Numbered from the stretch's first letter, positions 49,572 to 63,313 are shown. The stretch is DNA of 64,000 nucleotides from Rhizodiscina lignyota (GCA_010015805.1 ML978122.1:2390453-2454452), one strand, 5' to 3'. Notes: generated by a model from the letters alone, not told the origin. Numbers and translations: made by a program.

Positions 49572-50645
49572 TCAGAACCAAATCTTAATCAGCTCCTCGC
49601 TCACTGCGCTTGGAGTGAGCACGCCACTCTCTGTGATGATACCGGATATCAGATTTGGAGGCTGTTCAATATTAGCTTCGTCTCGTGGCCCCTTCTTCAA
49701 GACAATAATCGCACTCACCGTAAAGTCAACTGCAGTAGCGGACTCTTCCAGCTTCTCGCCCTTTGGCTCCGCAACATCATCCTCGCTCGTCTTGAAATCC
49801 ACAACTTTCTGCTCGATGCCCAAGTCATACTGCCCGAGCGGGTACATCCTCACAAATTTGTGACTCTCCGCAACCACATAAAACGGACGTCCCATACTCT
49901 TCGCTAGCATTCCCATCTGATACGTGCCCAACCTTGAAATGATCCCGCCATTCTCCACCACTCCTTCTGCACCCACGATCACCATGTCCACCATACCCAT
50001 CGAATACCCCACCGCCGCTTCCGAGACAGTGGCCACAGCGACACCCTTCTCCCTTAGCGCCCTCACAGTCTCCATGCCCTCGTTCGCCCCCGGCGAACTG
50101 GGCGCATGTACCACATAAACCACCCGAAATCTCGCATTCCCACTCGGCGACGCGTCCGCCGCGCTCCTCAGCAACGCGCCCACAACCCTACTCCCGCCAT
50201 TCGTCAGCACCGTACACCCATCCCGCACAAAGTGCCGTCCAAAGCTCGCAATCTTCTCCCTGCTCTCCTTCGCGCGCTGCACGAACAGCCGGCCGTTGCT
50301 CAGCAGGTGCGTGCGCACGGCCTGGAAGTCGGTGTCGGAGCCGCCGGTGTTGCGCAGCGAGGAGACGAGGTAGCGGGTGAAGAGGTCGGTGCCCGCGGAG
50401 AGGGAGATGGGGTTGGAGATGGCGGATTTGAGGGCGTTGGTTGCGGTTGTGAGGAGCGCGAGCGTTTCCGAGATGGTGGTTGCGTGGGAGTGGGCGAGGG
50501 TTTCGACGAGCGCTTCGATGGCGGCGACGGGCATGGTTAGCTCTGGGTCGCTGGCGAGGAGGGACTTGTAGGTTGATACGACGTTGAAGTCGGAGGAACC
50601 ATTGGTGGTGGAGGGGGGACCCTCTGTTGTCGCAGAGGGCGCCAT
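49572..50645 (-). CDS. GCN3: Translation initiation factor eIF2B alpha subunit
   Basis: LTMPVAAIEAL, ISLSAGTDLF, IVGAEGVVENGGIISRLGTYQ, AESHKFVRMYPL, LTPSAVSEELIK. Intron 49718-49662. Confidence 0.96.
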   Translation of the reverse strand: MAPSATTEGPPSTTNGSSDFNVVSTYKSLLASDPELTMPVAAIEALVETLAHSHATTISETLALLTTATNALKSAISNPISLSAGTDLFTRYLVSSLRNTGGSDTDFQAVRTHLLSNGRLFVQRAKESREKIASFGRHFVRDGCTVLTNGGSRVVGALLRSAADASPSGNARFRVVYVVHAPSSPGANEGMETVRALREKGVAVATVSEAAVGYSMGMVDMVIVGAEGVVENGGIISRLGTYQMGMLAKSMGRPFYVVAESHKFVRMYPLGQYDLGIEQKVVDFKTSEDDVAEPKGEKLEESATAVDFTVSAIIVLKKGPRDEANIEQPPNLISGIITESGVLTPSAVSEELIKIWF

Positions 50646-51115
50646 TGTGATGCTGCTCTGTTGAGATGTGGTGGGGGAATGGGTTGGAAGGAAAGGTGAG
50701 GTTGGTTTTCGAGTCAAAAATTGAAGATGTAAATTTAACTATGACTCAGGTTAGCAAGGCCCGCACTTATCATGTCAGGAATGTTTTGATGTACTCCGAC
50801 TGAGTGTAGGGAAGGTAAACTGCTCATGCTAAGTTACTCCTTAAAGAGAGTCCCAGTCCGAGTCTTCTAGGGAGTCTCGGACATGTTAAAGAGATGTAGA
50901 CCATGGTTGTTGTCGGCAGAATTGAAGAGGTGGTTAACTTGGTACTTTCATTGGCAGCTTTCTACGGAAGACGTCATTGGTGGGCGAGCACGTTGGCTCG
51001 ACATTGCAGTCACCCCATGCTCTCGTGGAATCTCCGACCTCGACCTCGACCTCGATGTCAGCTCCTTCATACTACATTCCCTCAACATTCCTTCAACCCT
51101 AACATCGATTCAGCC

Positions 51116-51967
51116 ATGGCGAGTTTAGTGGACCCCATCACGGGCGCCAAACTACCCGCCGATGCCATCCAGAGAGTAAGTTTATAGCTCGCCTCACACC
51201 ATTCGACAGCTTACCCAACACAGATCCTCTTCGTAGCTCCGAAAGTCTTCGTCTACGCCATCCCTCCAATTACCTCCACCAAAGGCTTCAACGCCGCATC
51301 CTGGACCGCCGACCCAAAGAGCCAAATCTTCACAGCGCGCATCCGCATCCTCGAGACTGCAATCCCTAACCCCGCCGCTCCCTCTGGCGAAAACATATCC
51401 ATTCACGTCTTGCTCGAGTCTCCTGCCGATGGCGCGTTGTTTGCAGGATGCCCGTACACGCATCAAACGAGTATCGAGCAGGCCCTCGACAGCTCGCGCT
51501 TCTTCGCCGTGCGCGTCGTCGGTGATGGTGGGATGAAAGCGACCTTGGGCATCGGCTTCGAAGAGCGCAGCGACGCGTTCGATTTCAGCGTGTCGCTGCA
51601 GGACGCGCGACGCTCCTTGGGTCTGGAGAATCCGGGCGGTGCTGCGCCAGGACAGAGACCGGGGAAGGCGACGCCCGCGAAGGCTGCGGAGGCGGAGAAG
51701 AAAGACTTCAGTCTGAAGGAGGGCGAGACTATCACGGTTAATCTTGGTGGGAGGGGAAGGAGACATGCCGCAGCGCCGAAGGTGCAGACGGATGAGCAGG
51801 CGCTGTTTTCGATAAAGCCGCCTCCGCCGCCGAGTGGTGCTCCTAGCGGTGCGATGCCTTTCTTGCCGCCTCCGCCTAGCGCGAAGCAGGTCAAGGCGAA
51901 ACAGGCAGCACAGCCGTCAGCGCAGGACTTGGGATTCGATGATGGGGAGTTTGGTGAGTTCCAATGA
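51116..51967 (+). CDS. NECAP-like adaptin-ear-binding coat-associated protein (DUF1681/PHear domain)
   Basis: VFVYAIPPITSTKGFNAASW, LFAGCP, IEQALDSSRFFAVRV, LGIGFEERSDAFDF, DFSLKEGETITVNL, C-terminal FGEFQ. Confidence 0.92.
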
Positions 51968-52432
51968 GAGCATAAGGAGGAATAGGCCCATAAGTGGACG
52001 CAAGGCGCAACGGTGCCCCATTGAAGGGTCGTTTGAAACGATTTGCAGGGAATTTTAATGCCAGAGATACCCATAATTCTTACACTCCACCTTAGAACCT
52101 AGCATTGGAGGTAACAGAAAGAAATTTACAACAAGTACGAACGGCTGCATACAGAGTGAATATGCTCTGAATTAATACAAACTATGAACAGGGAATCGGT
52201 ACGACCTGAATAAGCAGTCTGCAAAGCATATCACACCAAGGTCTAGGAGATGCTCTCGTGTGTCTTGAAGAATAAGATTGATGCGTCTTGAAAGCGCATT
52301 GACGAATTTGCGCACCATGATCAAACACGCTCCGAGGGACATCTGGACAAGCTCTCCGAGATGCTCTTATGAACGTGGAAGTGTGAGACTTGTCGCGAAC
52401 TATCACGGCTCCTTTTGCCCTCGACTATTTTG

Positions 52433-53449
52433 TCATCTTTGAGCTGAAGCAGAGCCGTCGTATGCCTCGTTCACATCACGTATCAGGTCTTCAGGGGAAG
52501 AGCCTGCGTCACAATCTTTCCACTCGCCGCCGTCGCGGATGCAGCGGACTTTGTTGTTCAGTCGAACCTAGCGGTCGGTGTGAGTCTCAGATCTTCAAGC
52601 ATCAAGGTAAGAAGGTACACACCGTGCAACTCTTCGTCGCTCCAACGTCGTCACTTCTGTTGAAGCTACTCCGCAACATGCCCAGCGCGAATGCGCCATC
52701 ATCTTTGCTCATGCAACTGTTGAGCTTCCCGAAGTCGATGCTGTGCTCAAGCGCGCACTCGTCGACGAAGTCTTCTTGCGGGATTTTCTCTACGACTCGT
52801 CAGTGAGTCCATTCTGATACTGGTGGAAGTAAGACGAACCGTAGTCTTTGCTCAGACACATCGCAAATCCAAGATATATCTTCGGGTCTGGATATAGATG
52901 CGCGGCACACAGCTCAACAATGTTTCCCAAGCACTCCGTTTCGCCGTGCATACACTCAACGCCGTCGTCATCGGTGGACCTGCTTGCGTGCTTAGTAACT
53001 GTATTCAGCTACGCAGATTTCGACAATGTCTCGATATTCAGGTCTAGACAAAAGAATGATATGAGGAATAGAAGAAATACAAACATACTTCCCAATAAAC
53101 GACATCGTAAAGTCCACCTTCGGTGAAACCTCCTGCATCGTCGGCAATATCAGATCGCGCAAGCAGTCCCGCGCGTCTGGGCATTTGGACCTGGTCAGCC
53201 ATCATTAGCCTCATATACGAAACATTATATTTGTAAACATTACATGATGTGAATCTCGAGCGGAACTTTCTCTTTCTCTCCAGCCGGAGTTTGTCTCAAG
53301 AGCTGAGATGGTTTCATGAACCACAGCAGCGCCCCCAAAACCAGCAGGATGAATGCGGATAGCCGCAGACGCCGTTTGACGGAGGACTGCATTCGATCGG
53401 GCTCGGAGAGCTCGGAATAGGAGGGCGGGAGGGAGATTCCTTTCGCCAT
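52433..53449 (-). CDS. GILT-family (gamma-interferon-inducible lysosomal thiol reductase-like) protein, multi-exon
   Basis: Signal anchor, KVPLEIHIM/SKCPDARDC, VECMHGETECLGN..ELCAAHLYP, CALEHSIDF, CIRDGGEWKDC. Confidence 0.88.
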
Positions 53450-54132
53450 GGTGAAGATGCTTTACCGATTGGGGCTGATGGAAGCTAGAAGATAGGTAGT
53501 AGGTAGTGGAGGGATTGCGCCATCACTCTGATGCCAAGACCTGTTTATTAATATCTTAAGATTTTGTGTAGGTCTCACTAGGGTTAAAGAACCATTTCTT
53601 CTGTTCGAACTGCTTCACAATTACGGAATCGAAGGTGGTGAGAGCTACATCAACTCAAACTTCAACATTGACCTATTTTATCCGGCGTTCAACCCAGAGG
53701 GTCTCCTGCTGATTCAGTTTTGCCATGTCAGGAGATGCAAAAGCTCTATTCCACACGTTCATAGAATAGAAGACGTAGAGCAATTCCAGCATGCTATATC
53801 ATACTTGCATACTTTTAGCTGGGTAAGAAACATCAACGCCGGGCTAAATTGATCCCATCATACATTTGATTTCGGAGGAGACGCCATTTCAGCTTCCATG
53901 CCTCGGGCTACATAGCCCTTCATCGTCTCTATGAATCAAGAACAGAATTACAGCTATGATATACAAGATGAAATAGAATCGTCAGCCCCTCAGAGACCTG
54001 AGGGGTTTCCAATTTGACCGTCCAACGGCGGATGTTGAAGTCTCGGGTCAAAGCCACGAGCAGGTGGTATATCGTAGAGGTCGAGAAGAGGTGGTTAAAG
54101 ATGGTCTCGGGCCTCTACGCTTGATTCTGTTC

Positions 54133-54882
54133 CTATATCTGCTCCGCTCCCCAGCTTGCATCGGCATCCCTGCAATCACTTGTTAGCATGCGGCTGCAAG
54201 TCGAGAGATGAATATTCTTGCCTCATGTTGGCCGGGGGTTCGATTGACGGGATGAATTCCAGCACAATGTACGCAACTCCGATTATACCAACGATAGCTC
54301 CAGCGGCCTGAGTCCACCAGTTGTTGCCAAGGATAATCGAGCCGATGAAGACGTAAACTGCGCACTGTTAGCAGCCCACTCTCGCAATATCAAGCTTGTT
54401 TATGCGTACAGATGCCACGACCGATGAAGGAGAACATGAACGAGGCATATTTCGCGACCTGAGGAGGGATCTGGAATTCTGTTGCTCGCGTGAGCGTTTC
54501 GACATCGAAAGGGCTGGTATATTAGTTCCTACCGAGCAGAGCAGTCGCTAGAGCAATATACATCAGTCTTTGGTCACAAAGATGCGCTTATGCAGACTTA
54601 CCAAGGCCGAAGAGGATCACGTAGACCCCGACAATAACTGTATGGCTAGATACCCAGTCGCGTGAGCCTCCGCACGGCGCCGATTTCTCATTCCCACTAC
54701 AGGGCTCTTACAATTGTATCGGAAAGAACTGCGCGATGCCTCCGAGTATCATGAAGATGCCTACACCAAGGTTCGCGAAGCGACTGTGTAGAAGAATTCT
54801 TGTCAGCCTAGCTCCAGGCAGCTCCTTTCAGGCAAGCTTAAATCGCGCATGCGGTAACGTACAAAGCGTCTGAGAAGTCCAT
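54133..54882 (-). CDS. TVP15: COPI-associated Golgi membrane protein (Tvp15-like), many small exons
   Basis: Exon pieces MDFSDAF, FANLGVGIFMILGGIAQFFP, EFQIPPQVAKYASFMFSFIGRG, YIVLEFIPSIEPPANM and DADASWGAEQI*. Confidence 0.85.
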
Positions 54883-55290
54883 GGTGCCGTATTGAGGAGG
54901 ATCGCTGTGTCAATTGAGAGGTCTGAGGGAGGCTTAATGATTGAGAACAAGTCGTACTGGGAGAGTTTGGAGAGCTTTGAAAGACGGGCCGGCCTGAAGG
55001 GAGGCTGGTCAAAGCTTGCAGCTGTGCTGGGCGATGCGGACAGGGGGGAAGAGATGACGTTCGCAACCGCGAGACGCGTCTCCCTCACGTCGTCGCCTTG
55101 CGCTTCTTACGATCTTGGGACCACAACGTTCGTTCATCAAGATTGAGTGGGAGAAGCTGCAGGCCCTCTTGCTGCTGCCTATATTACCTTCCGAAGTCTC
55201 TGATGCAACTGGCCCGGATTGCCGCTGAAATGCTTCAAGGCTGTCTAATGCTATGAGGTGCCGTGTGCTTGTCTCTCGAAATATTAACTT

Positions 55291-56730
55291 CTACAGCCTC
55301 GCCTTTTCGCGTAGAGCTTCCTCTACTAGTTTGACAGCCACATCTGCGGTGCCATAGCTGCTTTGATATCCATACCCTCCATGTCCATAATTGTGGATAG
55401 TCCATACACCGTCAATTCTCTCCTTCTCTACCCTTGGACCTCCCTCCCTCATGGGCCGCAGCCCAACACCATGGCGGATGATACTCAACTTCTCGATTCC
55501 CTCTCCATTTGTCAGCTCAGGGCAAAGATCGACGCATCGTTTCATGATTCTGATGGCAAGGTTGGGATCGGGTTGAGATTCCCAGCTCCCTTTCTGTAAG
55601 CATCCGCCGAGGATACAACCACCACCTTGAAATTATTAGTCTTACTTCCATCAGGTCTTGTGGAAGAATGACTTACCAGCAGCTCGATGCATTATATACG
55701 TAGCCTCGTCCGAACCGTCGTCCGTTCCGGAGGTGGACGCCATAACCTTTGGGTCGTTTCGCACAACGACGATTTGCCCGCGTCCGGGATACACCTTCTT
55801 GTCCTCCACACCACCAAGCTTGAGAGATGAAAGCCCAGTGCAATTAACCACAACGTCAGCTTTCTTTCCAGAATGATGCATGCTAGCTGCATCTGCAACG
55901 TGGCTTGCAATGCCCCTCTCTATCTTTACTCCGTTTTTCAGGCACTGACCAGCTAGCCACGGGAGGTATATGGCTGTATTGATGCATACGGAAGTAAAGC
56001 CTGTGGCGGAATCCATTATAGGAGGGAGTTCCCGTTCGGGAAGAACCCTAAACTGATGGTTGTCAACTCTATCGGAGGTAACCAACGTCAGCAAGATCTT
56101 GCTTACATTTGGGACCACATCCTTGAACCAAGCATCCTTCTTCAGCAGCTCTTTGAACCAGTCACCGGTTGCGCTGCCGACGTCTTTCTTCCGATTGTAT
56201 ACTACGGTATCTGTGGCATTCTCAGGCACTGTTTGATTTGGAATTGCGCGTGTACCTGCAGCTTAGCTTACCTTGGAAATGTATGCCAGCCTCAAGCACA
56301 TCCGATGCCAAACGGCTCAGTTCTGGCCATGTAGCCTTTTCCAGTTTGCCCAGTAAGGATTCTTCTGTTCCAACACTGATTGAGACATATTAGAAAGCTT
56401 ACGGCAGAGAACGGCAGTAAACGTGGAGAGGAATGCTCTTATCAGAGGCGGCATGTTGATAGCCGCAAAATTTGCGAGTAAATAGACAAGTAAAGTGGTG
56501 TCGCCTACGGGAGATAATTGGCGCCCGCCCAAGGAGAGGCATATTCAATGTCATAGTCGCCTGGCATATGTTTGGCAACAATGGTTATGCTGTATTTTGG
56601 GTTGCGTGACAGCAGCAGGGCTGTTGTCAATCCCACCACTCCCGCACTGCAACGCATGTCAATCACGAACGGTGGGAGCGCGAATGAGAATATGAGCTTA
56701 CCCGAGAACAGTGATGTTTGTTTGAGCCAT
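55291..56730 (-). CDS. DAO: D-amino-acid oxidase, peroxisomal
   Basis: [81 protein letters not shown]-terminal PTS1 -ARL. Confidence 0.95.
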
Positions 56731-57188
56731 AATAAAGACAATTGGCAATGATTTATTGTTGTGGTGGACGGCGTCGAGGGGAGACGACGGACGTTGAATA
56801 CACTCTCCGCTGTCGCCTGACCCTAGTTTTCCCAATTCGTCGAGGGTTTGAGCTTTGCTAGCCACCACAATTATAACAATAGAGACAATAGGAATCGACG
56901 CAACGCACTCCAAATCAAAATCCAACGCCCCACTGCTCCTGCAATTCTCTAAATTCAACCGTTACCAACCCAGAATTTCTGCGAACAAAAGGCATTGCTT
57001 CCCTCGTCTGCTCTCGTTTGCATCTCTTGCTGTAGCCTGCAAAACAGTCCGACGCAAACACAGGCACACGAAATTCAAAACATCAGCTTCTACCTACACT
57101 ACTCAAAACTCCCTTGATTATTTCCTATTTCCTATTTCCTACTTCCTACTTCACGCATCGCTGGCCAGTTTTGGATATCCATCCAAAA

Positions 57189-58880
57189 ATGCTTAGCGCG
57201 GCTGGTACAGGTCGTGTGGTACTCAAGCCGACCAGTCGTAATCGCCGCTCCACAGCTGTCCAAGTCGCCGAACCGCCTGAGGCCCGTTCTCACCTGGGAG
57301 GTCCAACTGCTTCGACTTCGAGCACCAGAGGCCTCAGAGGCCTAAGGAGCCGTTCGAACATGTACTCTGAATCAGAATTTCCACTTTTATCTGCTATTGG
57401 ACTGTACGCTGCTCAGACTCAAGGGGACGGTATAGGCCACACCAATTTCCAACACCGTGAACAAACGAGGCTGACCACGATTTTCTAAATTTCTAGGCAA
57501 TTGCCTCTTCAACGCATTGTCCGACCAGCTCTACGGCGAGCAAAGTCAGCATCGCCAAATCCGCAACGCCGTGATCGAGCACATGCGCGAGCAGAGCAGC
57601 CACTACAAGGCCTACGTCGATGTGCACCCAGGTGGAGGAACAAGACGCAACCCGAAACGCAAGAATGCCGGTGCCTACTCCGCTCCGGTTGCTTTCTCAC
57701 CACCTACCGAAGAAGAAATCGACCGTGCATTCGAGAATCATCTGAAGACGATGGCGCAGGGTGGTACCTACGGTGACAACATGGAGATTGTGGCATTCGC
57801 GACTGCGTTCAACACGGACGTTCGCATCTACCAGAGGGACTTTGCGTACGTGGTCGAGCCGATTCAAGGTGTCGTCGCAGAAGACAACAGCGGCGAGAGA
57901 CCCGTTCTTCACATTGCATACCATGTAAGTACAAGGGTTCGCCAATTCCTCTAACTTGTCACGCGACTTTTACAGAACTCGTTGTAGTAACAGCTTCGCA
58001 GACTTGGGAGCACTACTCCACCATCCGAAACCTTGACGGCCCTCACACCGGCCTTCCTCACGTCCGCGTCAAAGCTCTCTCACCCGAAGAAGAGAAGGCT
58101 CAGAAGGAGAAACTTGAACAAACTCCCGTTGTCGCTCAATGGATGATCGACGTTGTCACCAAGTCCTTGCCATTCCTTGCCGACAAGCTCACGATCAAGA
58201 AGACCCTGGAAGAGACAAAGGGAAACATCGACCTCGCCGTCTCAAAGCTTCTGGACGCTGAAGACGGCGGCTTCACCTCATCTGCACAAGAGAGCTCCAG
58301 TGTCGAGCGTGAGCCAGACAGTGACGAGGAGGCTATCTATGGCCCGAACAAGAGACAGGATCGTCGCATGAGCAAGGCAACGCGTGCGTTGATGAAGGAC
58401 AAGGCCGAGTACCGCCGCGAGGCATTCGCCAAGGTCGAGCAGAATGACGGCAGCCAGGAGTCGGTCGCGAGCTCTAATGGCTCTCAAGGCTGGGAAGATG
58501 TCACATCATCACAAGAGCAAGGAGGCGCCTCCAAGAAGGAGGAGGATGAGGACAGCGACTGGAGGCCTGAGACCGAGCCCTTCACCGACGACGAGCGTGC
58601 CTCTTCTGCACCACCGGCCGAGCAGAAGATCAAGCTCAAGATGAACTTCTCGGCTCCGCCGCTGCCAAGCGGCAAATCGCATGTTCGACAGCAGGGCCCG
58701 CAGGGCCGCAAGGTCAATGCGCGACGTACCAAGGAGCTCAAGAAGCAGGCGCAGAAGATGGCACGCAAGAAGCGTGCCCAGGCCGACGCTGAGGCGAGCA
58801 GCCTCATACCAGAGCGCAAGACGGAGCTGCCAATGCACTTCAAGAACGCCGTCGAGGGCCTAAAGACGATTCACATCTAG
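57189..58880 (+). CDS. OTU-domain deubiquitinase (OTUD3/Otu-like) with a CUE/UBA-like segment
   Basis: GDG/NCLFNALSDQLYG (catalytic Cys), YGDNMEIVAFA, LHIAYH/TWEHYST (catalytic His), basic C-terminus. The start may be 57189 or 57360. Confidence 0.9.
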
Positions 58881-59360
58881 GCACCTCAGCGTGCAACACT
58901 CGGTCGTCGACCCGCTGCGGCACGCACAACTCCATCTCATCCTCCCAAAGTCGTGCTTTCGCCTGCCCTCCAGTATCGTTCAATAACCTCCTCCACGACC
59001 TCGCGTGGATACGCCCCGGCTGATTTTGCACCTTCTCATCGACGCTCATACACCTCGGCCGACATCACCGGACTCGGTCACCCCACCCTACCCGATCACA
59101 TCCACCACTTCCCCCACACATCTCTTCTTCTGCTATGAATGCATCAGCGACAATGCATGGCGACGGCGTTGGATTTGTTTTCTTGTCTTTTTTGGAGTTT
59201 TGGTACCAACAGCATACCGCGTGGAGCGGAATTTGAAGGCGGTGCATCGAAGGCGGTGCCCGAAGTGCTCGTGCACCTGGATGCATCGACGCCGTTTTAT
59301 ACGTTTTGGAATACGAAAGGCATCTGAGTAGATCTCGAATCCACTCACACAGTGCGAACA

Positions 59361-59513
59361 TGTACCTAGTCACGCCATGGAAGATCAGAGCTGGGAGCGA
59401 TACCTGAGCGGCCATTGCTGTCGCTCGCACTCCGGTGCGGGTTGTGTACCTAGTCTCATACCATGGCATATTAAGACTGGGAATTATCAGAGCGGCCATC
59501 GCTGTCGTTCGCG
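59361..59513. repeat. Imperfect ~85 bp tandem duplication between convergent genes
   Basis: TGTACCTAGTC..CCATGG..CTGGGA..GAGCGGCCAT(T/C)GCTGTCG(C/T)TCGC occurs at ~59361 and ~59445. Confidence 0.65.
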
Positions 59514-59657
59514 AATCAAACAATACTTCATCTCAATTCATTCGTCTCGCGTGCAAGTAATTGAACCGTGAAATCTATTTACATGAGGTGAGTAGCTCTA
59601 TTCCATTCCAGCCTTTCCATAGAGACGTATCGAAAGGAAACCCATCACTATCATCTC

Positions 59658-60609
59658 TTATTTTCTCTTCCTCACCTCCACGCTCCCATCCCTATTACCA
59701 AAATACACTGCCACCGGCTTCTGTCCACCAGCACTTATCCCCTTCTCCATCGCCGTGATCCCATCCATTCCACAGAACAACCCAACCTCCAACACCCCGG
59801 TAATCAACTTGATTCTCCGACTCAACTCCTCCACCTCCCACCGTCCATCCTCACCCGGTCCCTTCCCCTGCACCTGGTTCAGCACGCCGTTACCAATCCC
59901 GCCCACCGGGCCCTGATCCGACTGCTTCGCCGCTGCTTCCGCAGCAGTCAACAGTTTCGGGAACGGCGCGTCGATGATGAAGAAGTCCTGGTCTGTCTTG
60001 AGCGGGCCGGCTTTCGCGAGGAGGCCGTCGCGCACGCGGGGGTTGGAGGAGCCGAGGGCGCGCAGGGCGGAGAGGACGACGTGGATGGAGATGGGCGCGA
60101 CCTCGATGGGGACGGAGGGCCAGGAGGTTAGGAGGTGTGTTTGGGCTTTGCGGTAATCTTCAAGAAGCTTCATGTTAACCAAACGGGTGCCGCATTGGCG
60201 CAAAATGGGAAGAGGACAGACCTGCGACGCAAATGAACTTCTTTGAGCGTTCCGCTACGAGCTTCTCTTGGAACAGGCAGGCGCCGCCGCCCTTGACGCA
60301 GTTCAGGTCCTCGTCTACTTCGTCCGCGCCGTCGAAGCACATGTCGAGCAGGACACCCTCTGGCAGCTCGTCGAAGGCAATTGGCATGAGGCCGGCTTTT
60401 ACAATCACTTGTCGCGATTGATAGCCGGTTGGGACAAAACGTATCGTGTCATTGGTTACTGTCTTTAGCTTCTCTTTGATGGCCTCTACGACGTATATGA
60501 TGGTCGTTCCGGATCCAATGCCGACGAAGGAGCTCGATGGATCAAAGTGGTCTTCTACGGCGCGCTTGGCAGCATTCTGCTTTGCATCTTCGATGGGTAG
60601 TTCCGCCAT
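59658..60609 (-). CDS. RKI1: Ribose-5-phosphate isomerase A
   Basis: VGIGSGTTI, FVPTGYQS, FDGADEVD, KGGGACLFQEK, DYRK, VPIEV, AKAGPLKTD, GVLEVGLF. One intron. An in-frame upstream ATG lies at 60939. Confidence 0.96.
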
Positions 60610-61448
60610 GTTGCTGCTGCTCTGGTCGGATGCAGTTGTCGAATATGGAGAGATGAGACTCGGGAAGTTTGATATCAAACACCGCGGAGACTGGAGAGCA
60701 GGACGGCGGACGTTAAAGCTGCAAGATGGACGGAAGCTAACGGGCTTCTGGGGACGCAATTGCGGTCCCTGCGTGGTCAAATGACGCTCAAAGGGCCTAG
60801 AATGCCGAACTTTGGCAGCTCTGAGGATGTAGGGACTGTTCGCAGCGAAGGATGCCGCTCCCGTTCGGGACCGAAGCAATGATGGATTCACGAGATGGAA
60901 GACAGACCGAGGACTCGGATTGAGGGACTGGAGGCTCATAAACTCCCAACAACGATGGTTGCGAGTGAACAATTGACTCAGCAAGCTGGTGTGCTTAGTG
61001 ATTCCGTTTTATGGTTGATACATGATGATGCCGCATAGGGCAGCATATAACCGTCCAGTGGTGTCACTCCGGGCCTGGATGCCCCGCGGTCGGCGACAGG
61101 GGAGGGCCCCACCACTAGGTGGGTAGGTACCTCTGTACCTTGGTCTGGCTTCGTTGGGCTCCATATAACATCTCGAAATACCAACACATGTTGTGTTAGG
61201 ATTAAAGGGGCCTTGTGTCAAACCTGTGTATACATACATCAAACACTTCAAAAAGAAGAAAACACTCTTGAAGGTTGGGAATATGATTGGATATATACCA
61301 GCCTATTCTGGCCATCGCGGGAAATCCCGAGGACACAAGTGGAAGCCTTGGCATCAAGCTGCGTGAAGCTGTCGGTGCCTGCAGCATAAAAGAATCGGAA
61401 CTTCCACTGCTTCCTTCTCACATCTCCAACTCTCATACGCGCTCCAAA

Positions 61449-63313
61449 ATGCCGGGCACAACTCCTCCCGTGCTCGAGGGAGCTCCGACCGACAAGCAGA
61501 AGAAGTACGACCGACAACTCCGATTATGGGCCGCGAGTGGACAACAAGCTCTCGAGGAAGCTCACGTCCTGCTCATAAATGCTGGCCCTGGTGCTGCTGG
61601 AGTAGAGACCCTCAAAAACTTGATTCTACCTGGTACGGTATTCGTAGTCGAGCTTCCGAGACCTTCAAGAGGCTAATATCTTCCAGGCATTGGCAAATGC
61701 ACAATCCACGATGACTGCAAGGTTCAAGATGCTGATCTGGGAGTGAATTTCTTCTTAGAACAGAGCAACATCGGTGGTTCGCGAGGGGATTTCCTCAAAA
61801 ACAACCTCCAAGAACTCAATCCGGATGTCGACGTGAACTGGATTTGGGATGTAGGTGCTCTAACTCCAATCTTAGTGCAGAACTAACATTTCACGTAGCC
61901 CTTAGAAGACCTCTTAGCGAAACATGACGCCCTCAAACCTTACACTCTCATCATAGTCGTGCCTCCTGTCCACCCTAATAGCCTCTCGAAGATATCCCAG
62001 CACTGCCAGGCGACCGACACACCACTCATCTACCTACATAGCGTGGGCTTCTACTCCCACTTCACAATGCAACTACCTTACGCATTTCCAATTGTCGACA
62101 CACATCCCGACCCTGAGACAACGACAGACCTACGGCTTCTGAAGCCATGGCCCGAGTTGTCCGCATTGGTAGAGCAGAAGACCAGGGGCTTAGAGGCAAT
62201 GGACAACGAAGATCACGGTCATGTCCCATACGTTCTGCTTCTCCTGCATTATATCGAAGTATGGAAGTTGTCTCACGACGGTAAACCACCGCAGACATAT
62301 AAGGAAAAGAACGAGTTCAAGCAACTGGTCTCTGCCGAGGGCAGGTTTAGCCAGCCGGAAGGCGAGGAGAATTACGAACAAGCAATTGCCGCAGTGCTGA
62401 AGAACTTCAACTATCCGGAACCATCATCAGCAGTCAAAGAAGTGTTCAAATCGCCTGAGTGCCAAAATATTACTGTGAGCAGCGCAAACTTCTGGATAAT
62501 CGCAAACGCGATATCGCAGTTCTACGGGACGAACGGAGTTTTGCCACTACCAGGCTCAGTCCCTGACATGAAAGCCAAGTCCGCAGATTACATCCAGCTG
62601 CAGACGGTGTACAAAGAGAAGGCTAGAAGCGACGTTGCCACAGTACTCGGTCTAGTCCGCGACCTCGAACAGGAACTTGGCCGCCCTCAGCCAATCGAGG
62701 AGAGGGAAGTCGAGGCCTTCTGCAAGAACGCAGCGCACATCAAGCTCGTGCGCGGCCGGCCGCTGCAGGTTATACGACCTGGCGAGAACGTCGAGTGGGG
62801 GGTGCAGGCTAAGAGCGCGGTCAACAAGCTGTCGGATCCCGATAGCCTGATTGGGCTGTACATCGCGTTTCTCGCGTACGACGTGTTCTGCGCGAATCAT
62901 TCCTCCCACGGCATCGGCGCTCGTGCACACGAGCCTACGGAGGACGGGGTGGATCTAGACTGGAATTCGGAGGAGATGGCGGAAACGATGTACAAGATCA
63001 TCGATGTGCTGATCAAAGAATCGGGGAGGACGCTGGAAGAGGATGAGTTAGAGGAGATCAAGTCTCGTTCGAGCAAGTTCGTTGCGGAGATGTGCGTACA
63101 ATTCATCACTGCCCCCGCTTCTTGATCTGGAGAATTGCTGACATGAACTTTAGCGTTCGCGCCGCTGGTGGCGAGTTACATAACATTGCCGCTTTGACAG
63201 GCGGTTTGGTGGCGCAGGAGGCCATCAAGATCATCACGAAGCAGTACGTTCCTGTGGATAACACGTGCTTGTTCGACGGCGTTTTCAGCAAGACGTCGGT
63301 CATAAGGGTGTAG
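61449..63313 (+). CDS. ULA1: NEDD8-activating enzyme E1 regulatory subunit
   Basis: [94 protein letters not shown]. Confidence 0.96.

Noticed and set aside
53985..54005. Hairpin CCCCTCAG-AGAC-CTGAGGGG resembling an intrinsic terminator
   Set aside because: The context is eukaryotic, and a short stem like this can occur by chance.
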